64,000 bases of DNA, taken from contig NW_003314299.1 in the NCBI RefSeq assembly GCF_000143415.4, positions 1,285,502 through 1,349,501 of the forward strand, read 5' to 3'. Below, piece by piece: positions 38,675 through 52,484 of the stretch. A program made the position numbers and the translations under genes. Source of the DNA: Selaginella moellendorffii. Its lineage: Eukaryota; Plantae; Lycopodiophyta. Numbering within the stretch: position 1 is the stretch's first letter; each line of letters begins with the position of its first letter. The notes under the pieces were generated by a model. That model saw only the letters and a list, made by a program, of their open reading frames with translations, did not search any database and was not told the origin of the DNA.

Positions 38675-40132
38675 ATGAGCAACGACAGGAACCTGGAGGT
38701 GAAGCGCGAGGTGCCCGGTGAGTATGGCGCACCCATACTCGGCGCCGTGCTGGATCGGCTGGACCGTTTCTACGGCAAGAATTTCTTCGAGAAGCGGAGG
38801 GACGAGTACGGGAGCACCGTCTTCCGCGTCAACATGCCCCCCGGGCCACCATTCTTCCCCGATTCCAAAGTCATTGCGCTGCTGGATCAGAAGAGCTTCC
38901 CTGTCCTGTTCGATCTCACCAAGGTGAGCAAGAAGGATGTGTTCACCGGCACCTACGTCCCGAGCACCGGATTCACGGGCGGCTACCGCGTGCTGCCCTA
39001 TCTCGGACAGGAGGAGCCCAAGCATGCGCAGCTCAAGTCGTATTGCATGGACATCCTCAGCAGCAACCACGACCGTTGGATCCCGGAGCTCCGCGCGGCA
39101 GCGGCCGCCGGATACGCCGAGTGGGACGCCGAGCGCAACAAGCCGAAGAAGTCCGGGGGGCTGCTGGGGGGGATTGTCTCGGGGCTGTTCCCGGATGATC
39201 CCCTGGAGCTCAACCCTGTGCTGGGGAAGATCGCGCTCCGATTCCTGACCAAGACGGTGCTGGACAAGGATGCAACCGAGGGGAATGCGCTCACCGAGAC
39301 CGGGATCAAGCTGTGGACCGCGCCGCAGATCGCCCCGGTGCTCAACGCGGGCCTGCCCGCCGTGATCCAGGAGCCGCTGCTCCACACCGCGCCCATACCC
39401 TTCATCATTGTGGCGCCCGAGTACCAGAAGATCGTGCGCTTCTTTAAGGCCAACGGGGAGCGCGCGGTGTCGCTCGCGGTACCGCACGGTATCGACCCCG
39501 ACGAGGCCCTGCACAATCTCATCTTCTTCATCTGTTTCAACACCTTCGGGGGGCTGACCATTCTGTGGCCCGCGCTGTTCAAGCATGTGAGCGACTTTAA
39601 CGAGTTTGACCTGCAGGCGGAGCTGCGGGAGGAGGTGCGGCGTGCCGTGGGCGGCGGCGGCCTGGACGCCGCGGCGCTGGGCGGTATGCCGCTGCTGCAG
39701 TCCACGGTGTACGAGGTGCTGCGGATCGAGCCCCCGGTACAGTCGCAGTACGGCAGGGCCAAGGTGGACTTTGTCCTTGAGACGCACGTCGAGGCGTTCA
39801 AGATCAAGGCCGGGGAGATGCTGTACGGGTACCAGCCGCTGGTGACGCGCGACCCGGTGGTGTTTGAGGAGCCCGAGAAGTTCAAGCCTCGAAGGTTCAT
39901 GGGGGAGGAGGGGCAGCGCCTGCTGGAGCATGTTTTCTGGTCGAATGGCCCCGAGACGGGCTCGCCCAGCGTGGACAATAAGCAGTGCCCCGGGAAAAAC
40001 TTTGTGGTGTTGGTTACCAGGATCTTGTTTGCGGATTTCTTCCTCCACTACGATTCGTTCAAGCTTGGGGATGTGTCCATCAGCGGTACCTCTTCGGTCT
40101 ATCCTTGCACCGAGCTCAAGAAGCGAGCATGA
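38675..40132 (+). CDS. CYP74: CYP74 allene oxide synthase-type P450, copy 3 (inverted)
   Basis: Intact ORF; motifs as copy 1 but VLPYLG; about 20 aa differences from copy 1 counted by eye. Confidence 0.95.
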   Translation: MSNDRNLEVKREVPGEYGAPILGAVLDRLDRFYGKNFFEKRRDEYGSTVFRVNMPPGPPFFPDSKVIALLDQKSFPVLFDLTKVSKKDVFTGTYVPSTGFTGGYRVLPYLGQEEPKHAQLKSYCMDILSSNHDRWIPELRAAAAAGYAEWDAERNKPKKSGGLLGGIVSGLFPDDPLELNPVLGKIALRFLTKTVLDKDATEGNALTETGIKLWTAPQIAPVLNAGLPAVIQEPLLHTAPIPFIIVAPEYQKIVRFFKANGERAVSLAVPHGIDPDEALHNLIFFICFNTFGGLTILWPALFKHVSDFNEFDLQAELREEVRRAVGGGGLDAAALGGMPLLQSTVYEVLRIEPPVQSQYGRAKVDFVLETHVEAFKIKAGEMLYGYQPLVTRDPVVFEEPEKFKPRRFMGEEGQRLLEHVFWSNGPETGSPSVDNKQCPGKNFVVLVTRILFADFFLHYDSFKLGDVSISGTSSVYPCTELKKRA

Positions 40133-40304
40133 AATGAAATGCTATGTCTACATGTGTGTCGTCTCTGCTCATCAGCTTTCATGCAATTTCAATAAAACCG
40201 GGGATTACGTATAACAGGGGAACATTTTTTATGTACACGTGCGGATCAGATATTATATTTCTTCAATTGCACACAATCACCTGTGTTCGTTGTCATTCCT
40301 TCCG

Positions 40305-40512
40305 TTCTTTGGCTTCTTGGCCGAGTTGAAAAAAGGAGCACGATGTATCAACACAAGACTTTTTGGCACTGTAGGTGATACTTCTTGGCTTCGTGGCCAA
40401 AAAAGAAGCACAAGACTTTTGGCACTTTACGTGATACTTTCTGGCTTCTTGGCCGAGTTGAAAAAAGAAGCACGATTTATCAACACAAGACTTTTTGGCA
40501 CTTTAGGTGATA
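40305..40512. repeat. Three imperfect tandem copies of a ~55-75 bp unit
   Basis: ggcttcttggcc..aaaaaag.agcac..caagactttt(t)ggcact.ta.gtgata repeated. Confidence 0.8.
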
Positions 40513-40539
40513 GTGATAGATTTGGATTTCTTTTAACAG

Positions 40540-41131
40540 TTTAGTTAAAATAAAATACCCACAGTTAAACACTTGGTTCAAACATTGCCCTGTTTAGCAG
40601 CAACCAACTTGACTCCATCGGGCTTACGTTTTTGAGCATCTCCAAGGCACTGTCACTGGCCCTCTTCACAGGCATCACAGGAGCATCAGTGGTGTTCATC
40701 TACTTTCTGCCCGAGACCAAGGGGAAGAGTTTGGAGGAGATTGCTGGGATGTTTGAGTGGGAGGGGATGCTCGCTGGATCACCAGAGCTTGTGGAGCTTT
40801 CTTCATCCACAGTGGTGGCGGGAGACCAATCTTTCAAGTACGAGGATGTAGGGAGTGCTCCTCATGGGCACTTGGAAGTGGAGGGTAGCCATGAAGAAAG
40901 TGGTGGGCAGCTTGGGCAGCAAGGAATGTGCCGCTAACCAGCCGGTTGACGAGCAGTCCTAGGCTCATGGCTTGAGCTTGGAGCTTGAGAGGAAACACCT
41001 CGGAGTTTAGGGACTGGAAGGTGGCAATACTGGCTTAGATCCATGGCACTGTCGAAGAACACAATGTTGAGAGCCACTGTCGTCAATGACGTTGCCATCC
41101 TGATGCTGCTAGCGAACAGCAGTGGCCTCCA
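40540..41131 (-). pseudogene. Polyol transporter 3' remnant on the minus strand with an internal inversion (40615-40930)
   Basis: 40540-40614 = rc of ~9457-9535; 40615-40930 = forward 9093-9422; 40931-41131 = rc of ~8775-9091 with deletions. Confidence 0.85.
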
Positions 41132-41133
41132 AC

Positions 41134-44100
41134 AAAGAAAGAATATCTGAAAGGACTAGTTGACAAGTAATTTTTGATACCTATAGTCATATTTGCGACA
41201 CTCTCCCCCCCTTAAGATCCTTATCAATGTATACTCTAGTCTAGACCACTACCAAGAAAGTAACTTTAGAAAAAGTTCATGGTGTTCACACTTTGTGAGA
41301 ATTGCACTAATTTAAATGAGTTTCTATCTAACGTAAATGCACTATAACTCAGATACCTTCCGACCATCGTTGACAAGGAAATGATCAATGGAGTTAGCCA
41401 CCTCTACTACTCTGGGTGTCACTCAAATTACAAAAAATGATATACCCCTGCTTGCAAGTAATATAGAGAGAGAAGATAATTTTTGAGCAAATAAACCAAA
41501 CCTGTCAATAAAGTTTAAATAAACTATTGTAAATAGGTAGTTAAAGTTGTTTACATAGTCACACCCTTTTAAATGAAATAAGGAACATCAAGAGAGAGGC
41601 AGTTGATATGATTAATTGATATTAGCTATCCCATGATTAAAGATTTCACCATGCATATGAAATGCCAAAGCCAATCTACTTATATTGGCCCAAACCTAAA
41701 GATCAAGAGATGTATAATATTAAAGTCATTTTTAGAGACTTAATTATCGGTAAATAAATCTTAGATTAGAACACAAAAGTATTCTAAGTAAGTTATCATC
41801 CGATAAACCAGTATTAAAGTATAGGAACCACTGAGATCATTATAGGTGAAAGTCATAAAATTAACCATCCAACAAAATTCAATAGCAAGTATATCATAAA
41901 AAAACTCAATGATAAAGCTTAATCATCAAAGATTACAAATAACATGCTAAATAACTTACAAAGGACAACTAAAAGAACACAAAATATCATTGACAAATAA
42001 GGAAAATGCTTGCAAATATATCACTTAAAGGAAATAACATCCAATTTATCAAAACCAACTATAGCAATAATCAGTAAAACAGGATGAATATTGCAACACC
42101 AACAACTATAACGTTCATCCCAACTATCACATTAGCCAATATGAATAAATCTTGGTCAACAATACAAAAGAACTCAAATTGTTTAAACAAGTTTCAGCAA
42201 TATTCTATTCATATCTTAAACCCAAGAGACCAATTTAGAAAAAACTACAAAAAAAAAACATGTAGTAATGTGAAAAGTCATAAGCCATCAAAGAGAACAA
42301 TTAACTATCATCAAAGATCATCAATCATTTTATTAATAAAAAAATGTATAATCATCATTGAAGAAAGAATTTACCATCCCGAAGAATAGTAAATTATTCC
42401 ATATCAACAATAATCAAGCAAAACCTTTAGAAAGGATCATTAATTATCTTAGACGACAATTAATCATCACAAATGATTGCTAGATACAAATATTAACTTC
42501 AACATCAAAGCTAATGAGCAAAATGTTTTCCCTAACAACTCCTAATAAATAAAATAATAAGCTTGACAACTCAAGAAACCAAAAGTTCAAAGAAGCATAT
42601 AGCTAAGTCTTGCCTAACAATGATCATGAGTCTCGCATAAACTAACTTCAATAATTCACTGAAATCATGGACAACTCACAATATTTTTCTTAACACATTC
42701 ATAAGTTAAACTTCATAATGTAAAGCTAATGAAGAGCATTTTTACATCAATCTAAAAGCTAAGTACAATAAAATTATACTCAACAAGTGACCACCAAATT
42801 AATCCTCCATGAAGTTGTTAATGTTGTCTTTCATCTAATCTAAGGATTATGAGCAAGCGTTTACAGATTTCAAAGAGTTGTTAATGATTCCTCTCATCTA
42901 TGCATAGTAAGATGTAACTCACTTTATAACAGTACAAGAAGAATCATCAATGATTAATATATTCACAACTCAAATCTAACAAGGAACCAATATCTTCAAT
43001 ATCAATTACTAACTCTTCCTTTTGTAAAGTTAGCATAACCCAATAACTTCTAATAAATGGAACAATAAGCATAAAACTTATTAAAGTACCAAAAACTTGA
43101 ACAAGCTTATAGCTAAGTCTTGCATAACAATAATCATGAATCTCACATGAACTAACTGCAATGCCAAAGAATAAGAAGAATCATTAATGATCGATATATC
43201 TCAACTCAAATCCAACAAGGAATCAACATTTTCAATATTGATCACTAACTCTTCTTCTCATAAAGTTAGTATAGTCTATGACTAAATCATTTCTCAAGGA
43301 AAAGCTAAAGCTCAACCTTTACTAAACAATCTCATCTAGAACACAATTAACTCAATTTACCATTTAGTTTGTTTAAATACTAATATAATTGCTAACTAGC
43401 AATACATAAATGCCAATAACACAAAGCTACAGCCAAAGCATTAATACTATTTGCATCAAGACTAATGAAATTCAATATCAATCCTACAAAGAGACATCTC
43501 ATCTCACTCTAATCTCAATATTAACAATATCAATAATATCAATAACAAAGTATCACTTCATACCATCAATACTAGAATAAAGCTAATAGAAAGTAAGAGT
43601 AAAACTCTTTAGCAACCAAGCTAACTAAAGTCAAAGATACCTTAGTCAATATCTAAGACCAATTCTTCAACAATACTTAGTTATAAATAACACACCATCA
43701 AAGAGTGATTCACCACATCTAAGACTCAATGTAATCCAACATTATAAATTAAATGCAACCAAATGATATCGACAGATATAAAATCAATATGCCAACATGG
43801 AAAAAATTATGTAAATTTAACGACACGATCCTCTGCAGTATCTTCTGATAAAGCAAGTCTATCACTGCTCAATCGTCATTGAGCAAAATAAATGTCAATA
43901 GTCCTTAACGAAGTCTATAAGTAACCACTAGTTGCAAAGCAACTTGCCTTCACAAGACCCAAAAACTAAACTTACATTATTGAGTCATATACTTGTCTAA
44001 CAAAAAGATAACACCTCATATATGAAATATAGGAACATAGACAAGCATAGATTAAATGACCACTCAAATCCAATCAAACTGCAATAAGCTCACCAACACA

Positions 44101-47100
44101 TCTAGCCAATAGTTTTGAGCATGCATTGAAGAGGCTAGCTATATATGATCAACACTTAATCGAAACTAAAGTGAAAACTATGAAATGGACTTATATGGTA
44201 CACAACTTTTTAATAGACAAAGCTATAATATAGGTACTAACACCTTAACCATAAACAACAAAGTTGGATATCACCATCCTCAACTAAGGCATAAAACTAC
44301 CAAGACCTCGAGGTTTCTTCCAATTGCGCTGAGAGAGGAAACTTTCTTTCTTCTGTTGCGCTAAGAGAAGAAATTTCTTCCAAGTCAAAATAAGTGAGAA
44401 CTCACTACTCCATAAAGTGTAACGAAATGTTGCCACCTAGCATAACATTCCAGAAAAAAGGCACAAGGATCACATTTCTAAAAAAGTGCAATGGCCACTT
44501 TTTTTACCAACTTTGTAGCGCACGTGGTTTTCACCCTTTATCCTATGGATTTACCATAGGATAACCATGAAACGGAACCTAAACCCTCCATATGCCACAT
44601 GTCACATACCACGTGTCCAAAAGACAGTGGTGCAAAACATGAGTTTTAGGGCCTTAGGCCACTGAATGATGGAATGGAGCCAAATTCCTAAGCATGGAGC
44701 AAAGGAGTGAAAGAACCGAAGCATGGAGTGTCTCTTGAGCGTTCAACTCAAGGAGCGAAAGAACAAAAGCATAGAGCAACTTGGACCATTCCTAGAGAAT
44801 CTAGCATCCCAATGCCAAGACTAACACACAAAATGGAGCTAAATAGAGTCTAATGCTATTTCAGCATACTGGTAGCCTAACACAAGGATATGGGTACTCC
44901 ACCAGTTAGGATGGTATAGAATTTAGGTTTAGACCCAAGTTGGATTCATAATAAGGACACCTCTTTTAGCGGACTGGGATTGCATCCCAGTGGGAGCTAA
45001 ACTATGCTTTAGGTTGGTCAACCATGCCCAACCTACCCACTATCCCTACTATACATTTAAAACCCCTTATATCCCCCCTAAAGAATGCATGCTTTCCTTA
45101 CCCATCCTTAGTACCAAGAGTTAGTTTTTGGGACTAACTCAAAACTTACTAACTATGGAATGGCATTAAATTGTGAATTTGGACATGAGACAAACATTAT
45201 TGCATTTAGGACAATCTTTACATTTAGTAGATATGCCAAATTAGCAAATTTAGATACTTTCCATAAATAACAATTAGGGCTGAATGGAACTAACACAAGG
45301 TGCATAATAGCAAGGATATTTGGCAAACATGGTATGCTATCATCTTGTGAATATTAAGGGACTAAGCTCAATATCACGAGGGTTTCTAACACTAGCAAGT
45401 GCAAGCCAATGATAGGAATTTCTCAAACTAAGCCGAGTATGCTTAGCAAGAAACACATGGGGTTCCTACTTTATATTTATCCAATTTAAGTGCATAGTCA
45501 TTGATTAGTTTATCAACTAGCTCAAGTGGGAACTGATAATGGTCCAACAATACCAACCTCTTGTTGTCGTGGTAGTAAGGAAAGAATATCCGAAAGGACT
45601 AGCTGACAGGTAACTTTTGCTACTCGGTCACATTCGCGACAAACTCCTATCCAACTCAATAATTTTAACTCTAAAAGTTAATATTCTTTTCGGGCCACAT
45701 TATACAAACTATTTACTAAGGTTTAAGCTAACCAAAGTCAACTCTAACTTGTATTAGCTTACTAAAATGGAATGGTTTTCAAGCAAAATGATTAACAAAT
45801 CAACCATTGAAAAAGTCTAAGAAAATTTATGGAAAAATTTTCATCCCAAATAAATAATAACTCTTAATCTAAGAATACAAACTTCAAAACTCAACTAACT
45901 TCCTCCTACTAACAACTTCATATAGATTCACTTCAACATAGATTTTCATGACCTAACAGTATGTTTAAGTATTGAATAATTTACCCATATTTCCGACATT
46001 CAACATTAACATCCACAATGAAAATGAATACCTATAATTTGATCATAAAGACCATATTTTTAGATATTCACATTGCACTAACAGTCTTTTTCAACCACCT
46101 TCAAAATCTAGTATAAAGCCAAAACACAAACAAAAAAAATGACATAAAAAATCAAGCTCTAAAGAAAAACTCCTCATCACTTGAAAACATAATGTTACTT
46201 TCATTGACACAAATGCTAGCAAAGTTAATACCTTAGCTACACATCTTTTCCATCCAATAATCTACTCCAAGTGCTAATGGAGTTACCAACAAATTATAAC
46301 AAATAAATGCCATAACTTTTTCAACACCTCAATGGGCAAACTCTTAAGAACCAAAGTACCATCTCAAACTTAACATAATGGACCACAATTGAGAACCAAG
46401 ACAAAGCTACTATCATGCTATTTCTTGTAAGTAGACTACCTTCATTATCAACCACTTTGGGGTTGATCATTGTTTAACCAATCAACTTTGTAAACACATT
46501 ACTCACAATCATTAAGATATGATATAAAAATCATAATAACTTAATCATTAATCGAACAACATTATAAGCAACATTTATGTCACTACTATAAATGTTTACA
46601 TGAGTTTCAAGTGTCAACTCTATTTGACAAAGTGTAACATAATGCCACACCCTATCAATAAATTTTTACAACACTTAACACCACCAACTTTGTTTGTAAC
46701 ATGGACGAACTCATAGCACTCTCTATTTGACCAAACTCAAATTGAGCTACTCAATGAACAATAGCATGGTTCCCTGGAAAAGAAATAAACATTGTAACCC
46801 AAGTCTTTAATAGCAAGCTTAGACAAAATAGTTTAATGTTTCACTGCTATCTATCTCACGACTCACCACTTATAAAACCATCATATCCAATATGCATTAA
46901 GGTAAAGACTTTTAATTGCATAATGTGAACACAAGTAATGAGTTAACACCTCATTGCAAATCACCTTTTCAACAAGAAAAAATGAATTATGTGTTTAATC
47001 TTTCGTCTTTAATAACTCTCTTTTTAGTCTCAATTTTGACTAAACCTTAAGCTTGCATTCACACTACTTTCAGTCCAATTCATAAAAAGTTTATGAGAGA

Positions 47101-48675
47101 GTATGGCAATGACTACTTGAACCAATAGACTAATATTTATAATTTTGATTAATCCACTTATAATCATGCTTAGGAAGGATCCACTAATATCATATAAAAA
47201 ACTATAGACCAATCTATTCACCACTCATAGCAAACCTAACTTTTACTCATGGCATAAGTAATAACTCATGGTAACCACTGATAGGTTAACATTAATCCTG
47301 CTAACTCAAAGTATAACATTAAGTTCCTAATATGCCTCACTCACGAGCCCAAGCGTAAACTCATACAAACGAAACATCTCAATCTATCCTATAAGCTCAA
47401 GCACAAGCTCACACAATATAGTACAAGAAGGTAACTAAAATCCATAACCAAGAAATGAATGCAAAATCATAGCACCCAAACGTGTACCCACTTGTATCAT
47501 CATTTTCATTTCTACATATGCAACAAGACTAATTATCCAATCTCATTGAATGGTATTAGTTAAAGATTTCATCTTTTTGATACCAAATGTAGTACACATG
47601 GTTTTCACCCTTTTATTTTATAATGATTTACCATAAGATAATTATAAAGTGGATCTTAAACCCTCCATATGGCATATGTCACATGCCACATGCCACATGC
47701 CACATATCTAAGGACAACGGAATGAAATCCAACTTTCAAGGCCTTGGGCCACTGAATGAAGGGACGAAACCAAACTCTTATATATAGAGCTAAGGAGCAA
47801 AAGTGTTAAAGTAAGGAGCAACTCCTAAGCGTATAGCCGAAAGAGTAAAAGGACAAGAGCATGGAGCAACATTAGAATAATCATAAAGCATTTAACATCC
47901 CAATGCCAAAACCAACACACAAGACAGAGCCAAATAGAGTTTAGCATTATTTTAGCATAATGGTGGCTTAATGCGATGATATGGGTACACCACCAGCTAG
48001 CATAGTATTGAACTTAGGCTTAGACCCAAGCCAAACATAAAATAAGGACAAACACGTAAGCAAGAGTTAAATTATACCTTAAGTTAGTTAGTCATACTTA
48101 GCTTACCCACTATCCCTTGAAACCCTTTATAACCCCTCACCTCTTGAGGAATGTATGTTTTGGGCTTTCATTGAGAGTCTAGGATAAACTAAAACTTACT
48201 AAATATGAAATGGTGCTATATTGTAAATTTGGACATGGGACAAACACCATTGTGTTTAAGACAATCTTTACATTTCATAAATATGCCAAATTAGTAAATT
48301 TAAACACTTTCTATAAATAACCATAGAGCCAAATATAATAGTAAAGGTGTTTGGAAGACAAGGTAAACTATCATTTAGCAAATATTAAGGGACTAAGCTC
48401 AATATTACAGGGGTTCCTAATACTAGAGAGTGCAAACTAACATATGAGTTTTTTATATTAAGCCAAATATATTTAACAAGAAATATATAAGAGTTTCTAC
48501 TTTATGTTTATTTGGCATAAATACATACATAATGACCAATTTCTTAACTAGTTTGGGTGGAGACTGATAAAAGGTCTAGCAATATTAACCTCCTGCTATT
48601 GTGGCAGTAAGGAAAAAATATTCAAAAGGACTAATTGATAGATAATTTTTGATACCTACAGTTACATTCGTGACA
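41134..48675 (-). mobile_element. Decayed A-family LTR element D: LTR remnant 41134-41200, AT-rich interior without ORFs, LTR 47588-48675
   Basis: LTR ends ..cattcg.gaca homologous to the A LTR; PPT at 41201; PBS-like rc of tttgatacca at ~47576-47585; 41200-41700 homologous to 15063-15590. Confidence 0.75.
44514..45641 (-). mobile_element. A-family solo LTR nested in D
   Basis: TGTAGCG..CGCGACA; flanks AACTT/AACTC (TSD with one mismatch). Confidence 0.8.
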
Positions 48676-50145
48676 AATGCCACTTTAATGCTTCATATGA
48701 CTTTTATTAAATATCTAGATATGACTAGAGATATGAGGATATATTAAATAATAAAGAAGAAAAAATAAATTTATGTTGAACACTCTAAATAGAAAATCCT
48801 TTAAAATCTACTATTATAAAGGTTTGGAAACTAATTTAGTCCAACTCTCAACTAATCTAGAAACCTAATCTAGATATAGGTCTATGTTAATCCCAAATGT
48901 GTTTGAGTTGAATCCTATAAGTAGAGGTTTGATTCATGTAATTACCAGTAATAATGAATATACCCCTTAGTAAAAACAAAAAGATAACAAATACTTAACA
49001 ATAATAGTAATACTTTTTTGTTGCCATAAAGATATCTATATTTTTCCTATTCAATGAACAATAAATGATGATATAAAACTTGAAAACATCTCTTATATCT
49101 TAAACTTCTAAAATAACTTATTTTAAAATGTTCCTCTTTCTTATTTCAGCTATTTTTCACCATTCCTCCAGAAGTCGTTATAAATGCAGACTTGTCACTA
49201 CTCCTTAATTTGGCTGCACCTCTTGCTTGCACTAGATTAATTAGATAGTTAAACAACAAGAGAGTGTCTAGTAAATTTTTATTAAAGTTTTATAAATATT
49301 TAAATTTAATATCTATCATGACTTTATTAAATGTTAAATTGATTTAAAACATAGTCAACATAATGTCTCAGACTTACTTATATGCCATGATAATTCTGAC
49401 AGTGATAATTTATAAATGACAAAACAAAATATTCAACATTGCATTTTTTACACTTAAAGATAGCTGGATCTTCCAGTGCTTTTTGTTTATTATATTTCAT
49501 ACCTATTTTATTTATGTTGTGTAAATTTGTGCATAACAATACCATTTTATTTCACATCACCTTTTTTTTTGTTGTGAGTATATAATCAGAATGACTTACT
49601 GGCTATGAGTTTTAGATTGGTTTCAAAACCAATCTGGAAAAACAAAAAGAACATTTTTACCATTTGAATTTGAATCCTTTGTACACTTTACTTTATGGAT
49701 ATTAGTTTAGTTGTCAATCTAAAATTTCTTAAGAAGAAAAAAGTATTTTATAAACAACAACCTGTAGAAATGAAATATCTGGTTTTTCCTATACTAAATT
49801 CTTCCTTTTATAATGCAATAAGATTTTTCTATTATGCAATCAATGATGCATAATTTAGGGCTTTTGGGTTCTGCACAATATGCACTAAAGTAAACAATCA
49901 TAACCATAAATAAAATAAAGCAAAGATTCTATTTTTACTGAAAAAGGAAAATAGCCTTGAATGATCATCATCATCATAACCAAGTTGATTCTTGCAAAAC
50001 CTATAATATTAAGTTTAGCTTCTGAAAAAAGTCCTAAATTTTCAAATTAAAGCAAGACAATAAAAATGCTCATCTAATGCTCTCACATGCAATAGCAAGC
50101 TTAGGTGGGTAAAATTGTTATTTCTTTGGCTTCCAAATTCCAATT

Positions 50146-50236
50146 GTGTCCAGATTGAAACCAATCCGACGGCTACCAAAATCCCACTATGCTAATATTA
50201 GTATATGGCATCATAGCTGTACACTTGGCCCTCACA
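50146..50236 (-). mobile_element. S-family LTR fragment
   Basis: Matches 56250-56342. Confidence 0.75.
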
Positions 50237-52484
50237 AAACTATATAAAGTGTATTTTAAAGATTGTACTTATAATACTGATAGACTATAATTATAATTTA
50301 AAAACCTAACAAGATGACAATCCTTTGGTGGTTGTTAATCATTATCTTCACTGAGAACCTCAGCACAGAAGCTCTAGCATCTCTAGTGTAAGATCTTTAT
50401 AGGCAAGAAGGATATTGCTGCAACATGAAGAGTTTTGGGCAAGTGTTGTAGAGAAACTCAATGAAATTCTTGAATTGGCTATGATTGAGGTCCACTATGC
50501 TTGGACCAAAACCTTGAAGAACAATGACATTGTGGCCTAAATCATGAAGAAATTTTGAGAGGGAATTTAATTTTAAGTTCTATAGTTTTTACTTCTGCTC
50601 GAATGGAGTGCCCATCATTCTATATTAGGCTAAATCACTTCTCAAAATCCTAACCAGCCATTAAGAAGCTCAATCATTTTGAAAGCATGCAAAAGCATGA
50701 TCTATATGTGAAAATCTCACTTTATCACTAATCCAAGTATCTTCCTTATGCTTGTCCTTGTTCTTCATGGATGTGAGGCATAGTTGGGAGGTCTGCCTAC
50801 CATGGCCAAATCATCAACAAAATGGCTGCCCAAGCAATGCCAGCTCTAAGCTGCTTTAGATACTCTGAAAAAAAAACCAAGCAAGAAACTCCCTCACACT
50901 AGAAAGCCACATATACACACACATACCCTAGTGAACCTTGCATCCATAGCTGCATAATCCATGCCCAAGCAATACCACCATGGCCACCCCAAACAAAGTT
51001 TGGCCAAGTAGCACTACCATAGCCACCCTAAGTAGTGTTTGAGTGCCATGGTTGTGAGTAGTGTGGCCAACCAATGCCATATTCATATCCTTTATTTTAG
51101 GACTTGATGGTAAGAATTGATTCTTCCATCACTACAACTGAGTGGCTCATGGTAGCAATGATTCAAAAGCCTTGGATCCTAAAAAAAACTATCTTCAAGA
51201 ACTTCACATATAAGTTACTCTTCTTTTTCCCTTCAACTCCCAAAATCTTAATGAAGTTCCTCAGTATCAAACTTGACCTTACACTCAGCTTTGGACTCCT
51301 CAATGCAATAACTCATGTGTTACCCCAATTGCCATTTGTAACAGACGAAGGTATCCATCATGGGACTGTGGTACAAGTGAATAACTAGTTGCCTCATGTG
51401 TGATAGTTGATCTATATAATGAAAGATTGGTAGATTTAGTGTGGAAATAGATTTGCTTATATATAGGAGCAAGTGGTCCGAATTGAAAGTAATCCGATGG
51501 CTACCAAAATCCCACTATGCTAATATTAGTATACAGCATTATAGCCATACACTTAGTCCTCACATCATCCCCTCCTCTCAGAATAATGGAAGACCATCAG
51601 GGTTCTCTTATAGAAGGGCCGGGATCTGGAGGAACGTCAGGAGGAGGCATCGGCGGATCTATAGGTGGTATTAACTACTCATGATCCCTTTGTATAAAGT
51701 GTTTCAACCGCTACACATGCACAATCTCTGGAGGATTAGTTTGCTAGATATCATGCCGAACCTCATAAATTTGTGGTCCAACTTGCTACAACACCCAATA
51801 CGGTCCTTTCCACTGCACAAGGAGCCCCTTAGATAAACCACGTACTGTAAGATGGGGAAAATAAACTAACACCAAATCATCCACTTTGTACTCTGTATGT
51901 GGACAATGATGGGAGTTGTAATGCCGTTGTTGTCCCACCTGTACGCGGCCTAAATGTTCTCCAGACTTTGCTTGGATAAGTGGAAGAATGCTCGTCAAAT
52001 ACTGATCCCACGACTTAGCATCGGCAGCTTGTGGCAATCGTGAAGGTAAACCCAACTCCATTGGTAATATTGGATCATGACCATATAAGAGTTTATATGG
52101 TGAAGTGCCAACAAAACTTTGCACACATGTGACATATGCATACCGAAGAGACGGCAAATAACCATCCCAATCCGAATGCTAAAAGTGCATATACTTCGCA
52201 ATCATCCCTTTAAATGTCCGAACGAGCTATTCCACTAGACCGTCTGATTATGGATGATAAGCACTCATGAAAGTGTGGCGTATCCCCAACCGAGACGTCA
52301 AAACATAAAATGCATCAACCATAAATGTGGGACCATTATCCAAAAGAATCTGCTCTGGACAAGAATGTTGGAACACCACTCGATTGAAGAGGAAGTACTC
52401 AACAGCAGTTGCAGAGGTGCTAGCAAGAGCACCAACTTCCACCCAACGAGTCAAGTAGTCCGAAGCAATAATAACATACTAATT

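Noticed and set aside
44495-44513. PBS-like ttttaccaac before the LTR at 44514
   Set aside because: AACTT/AACTC flanks indicate a solo LTR insertion; poor tRNA match
48680-51340. Possible DNA-transposon or gene relics in the AT-rich interval
   Set aside because: No TIRs, TSDs or recognisable protein motif could be supported by eye
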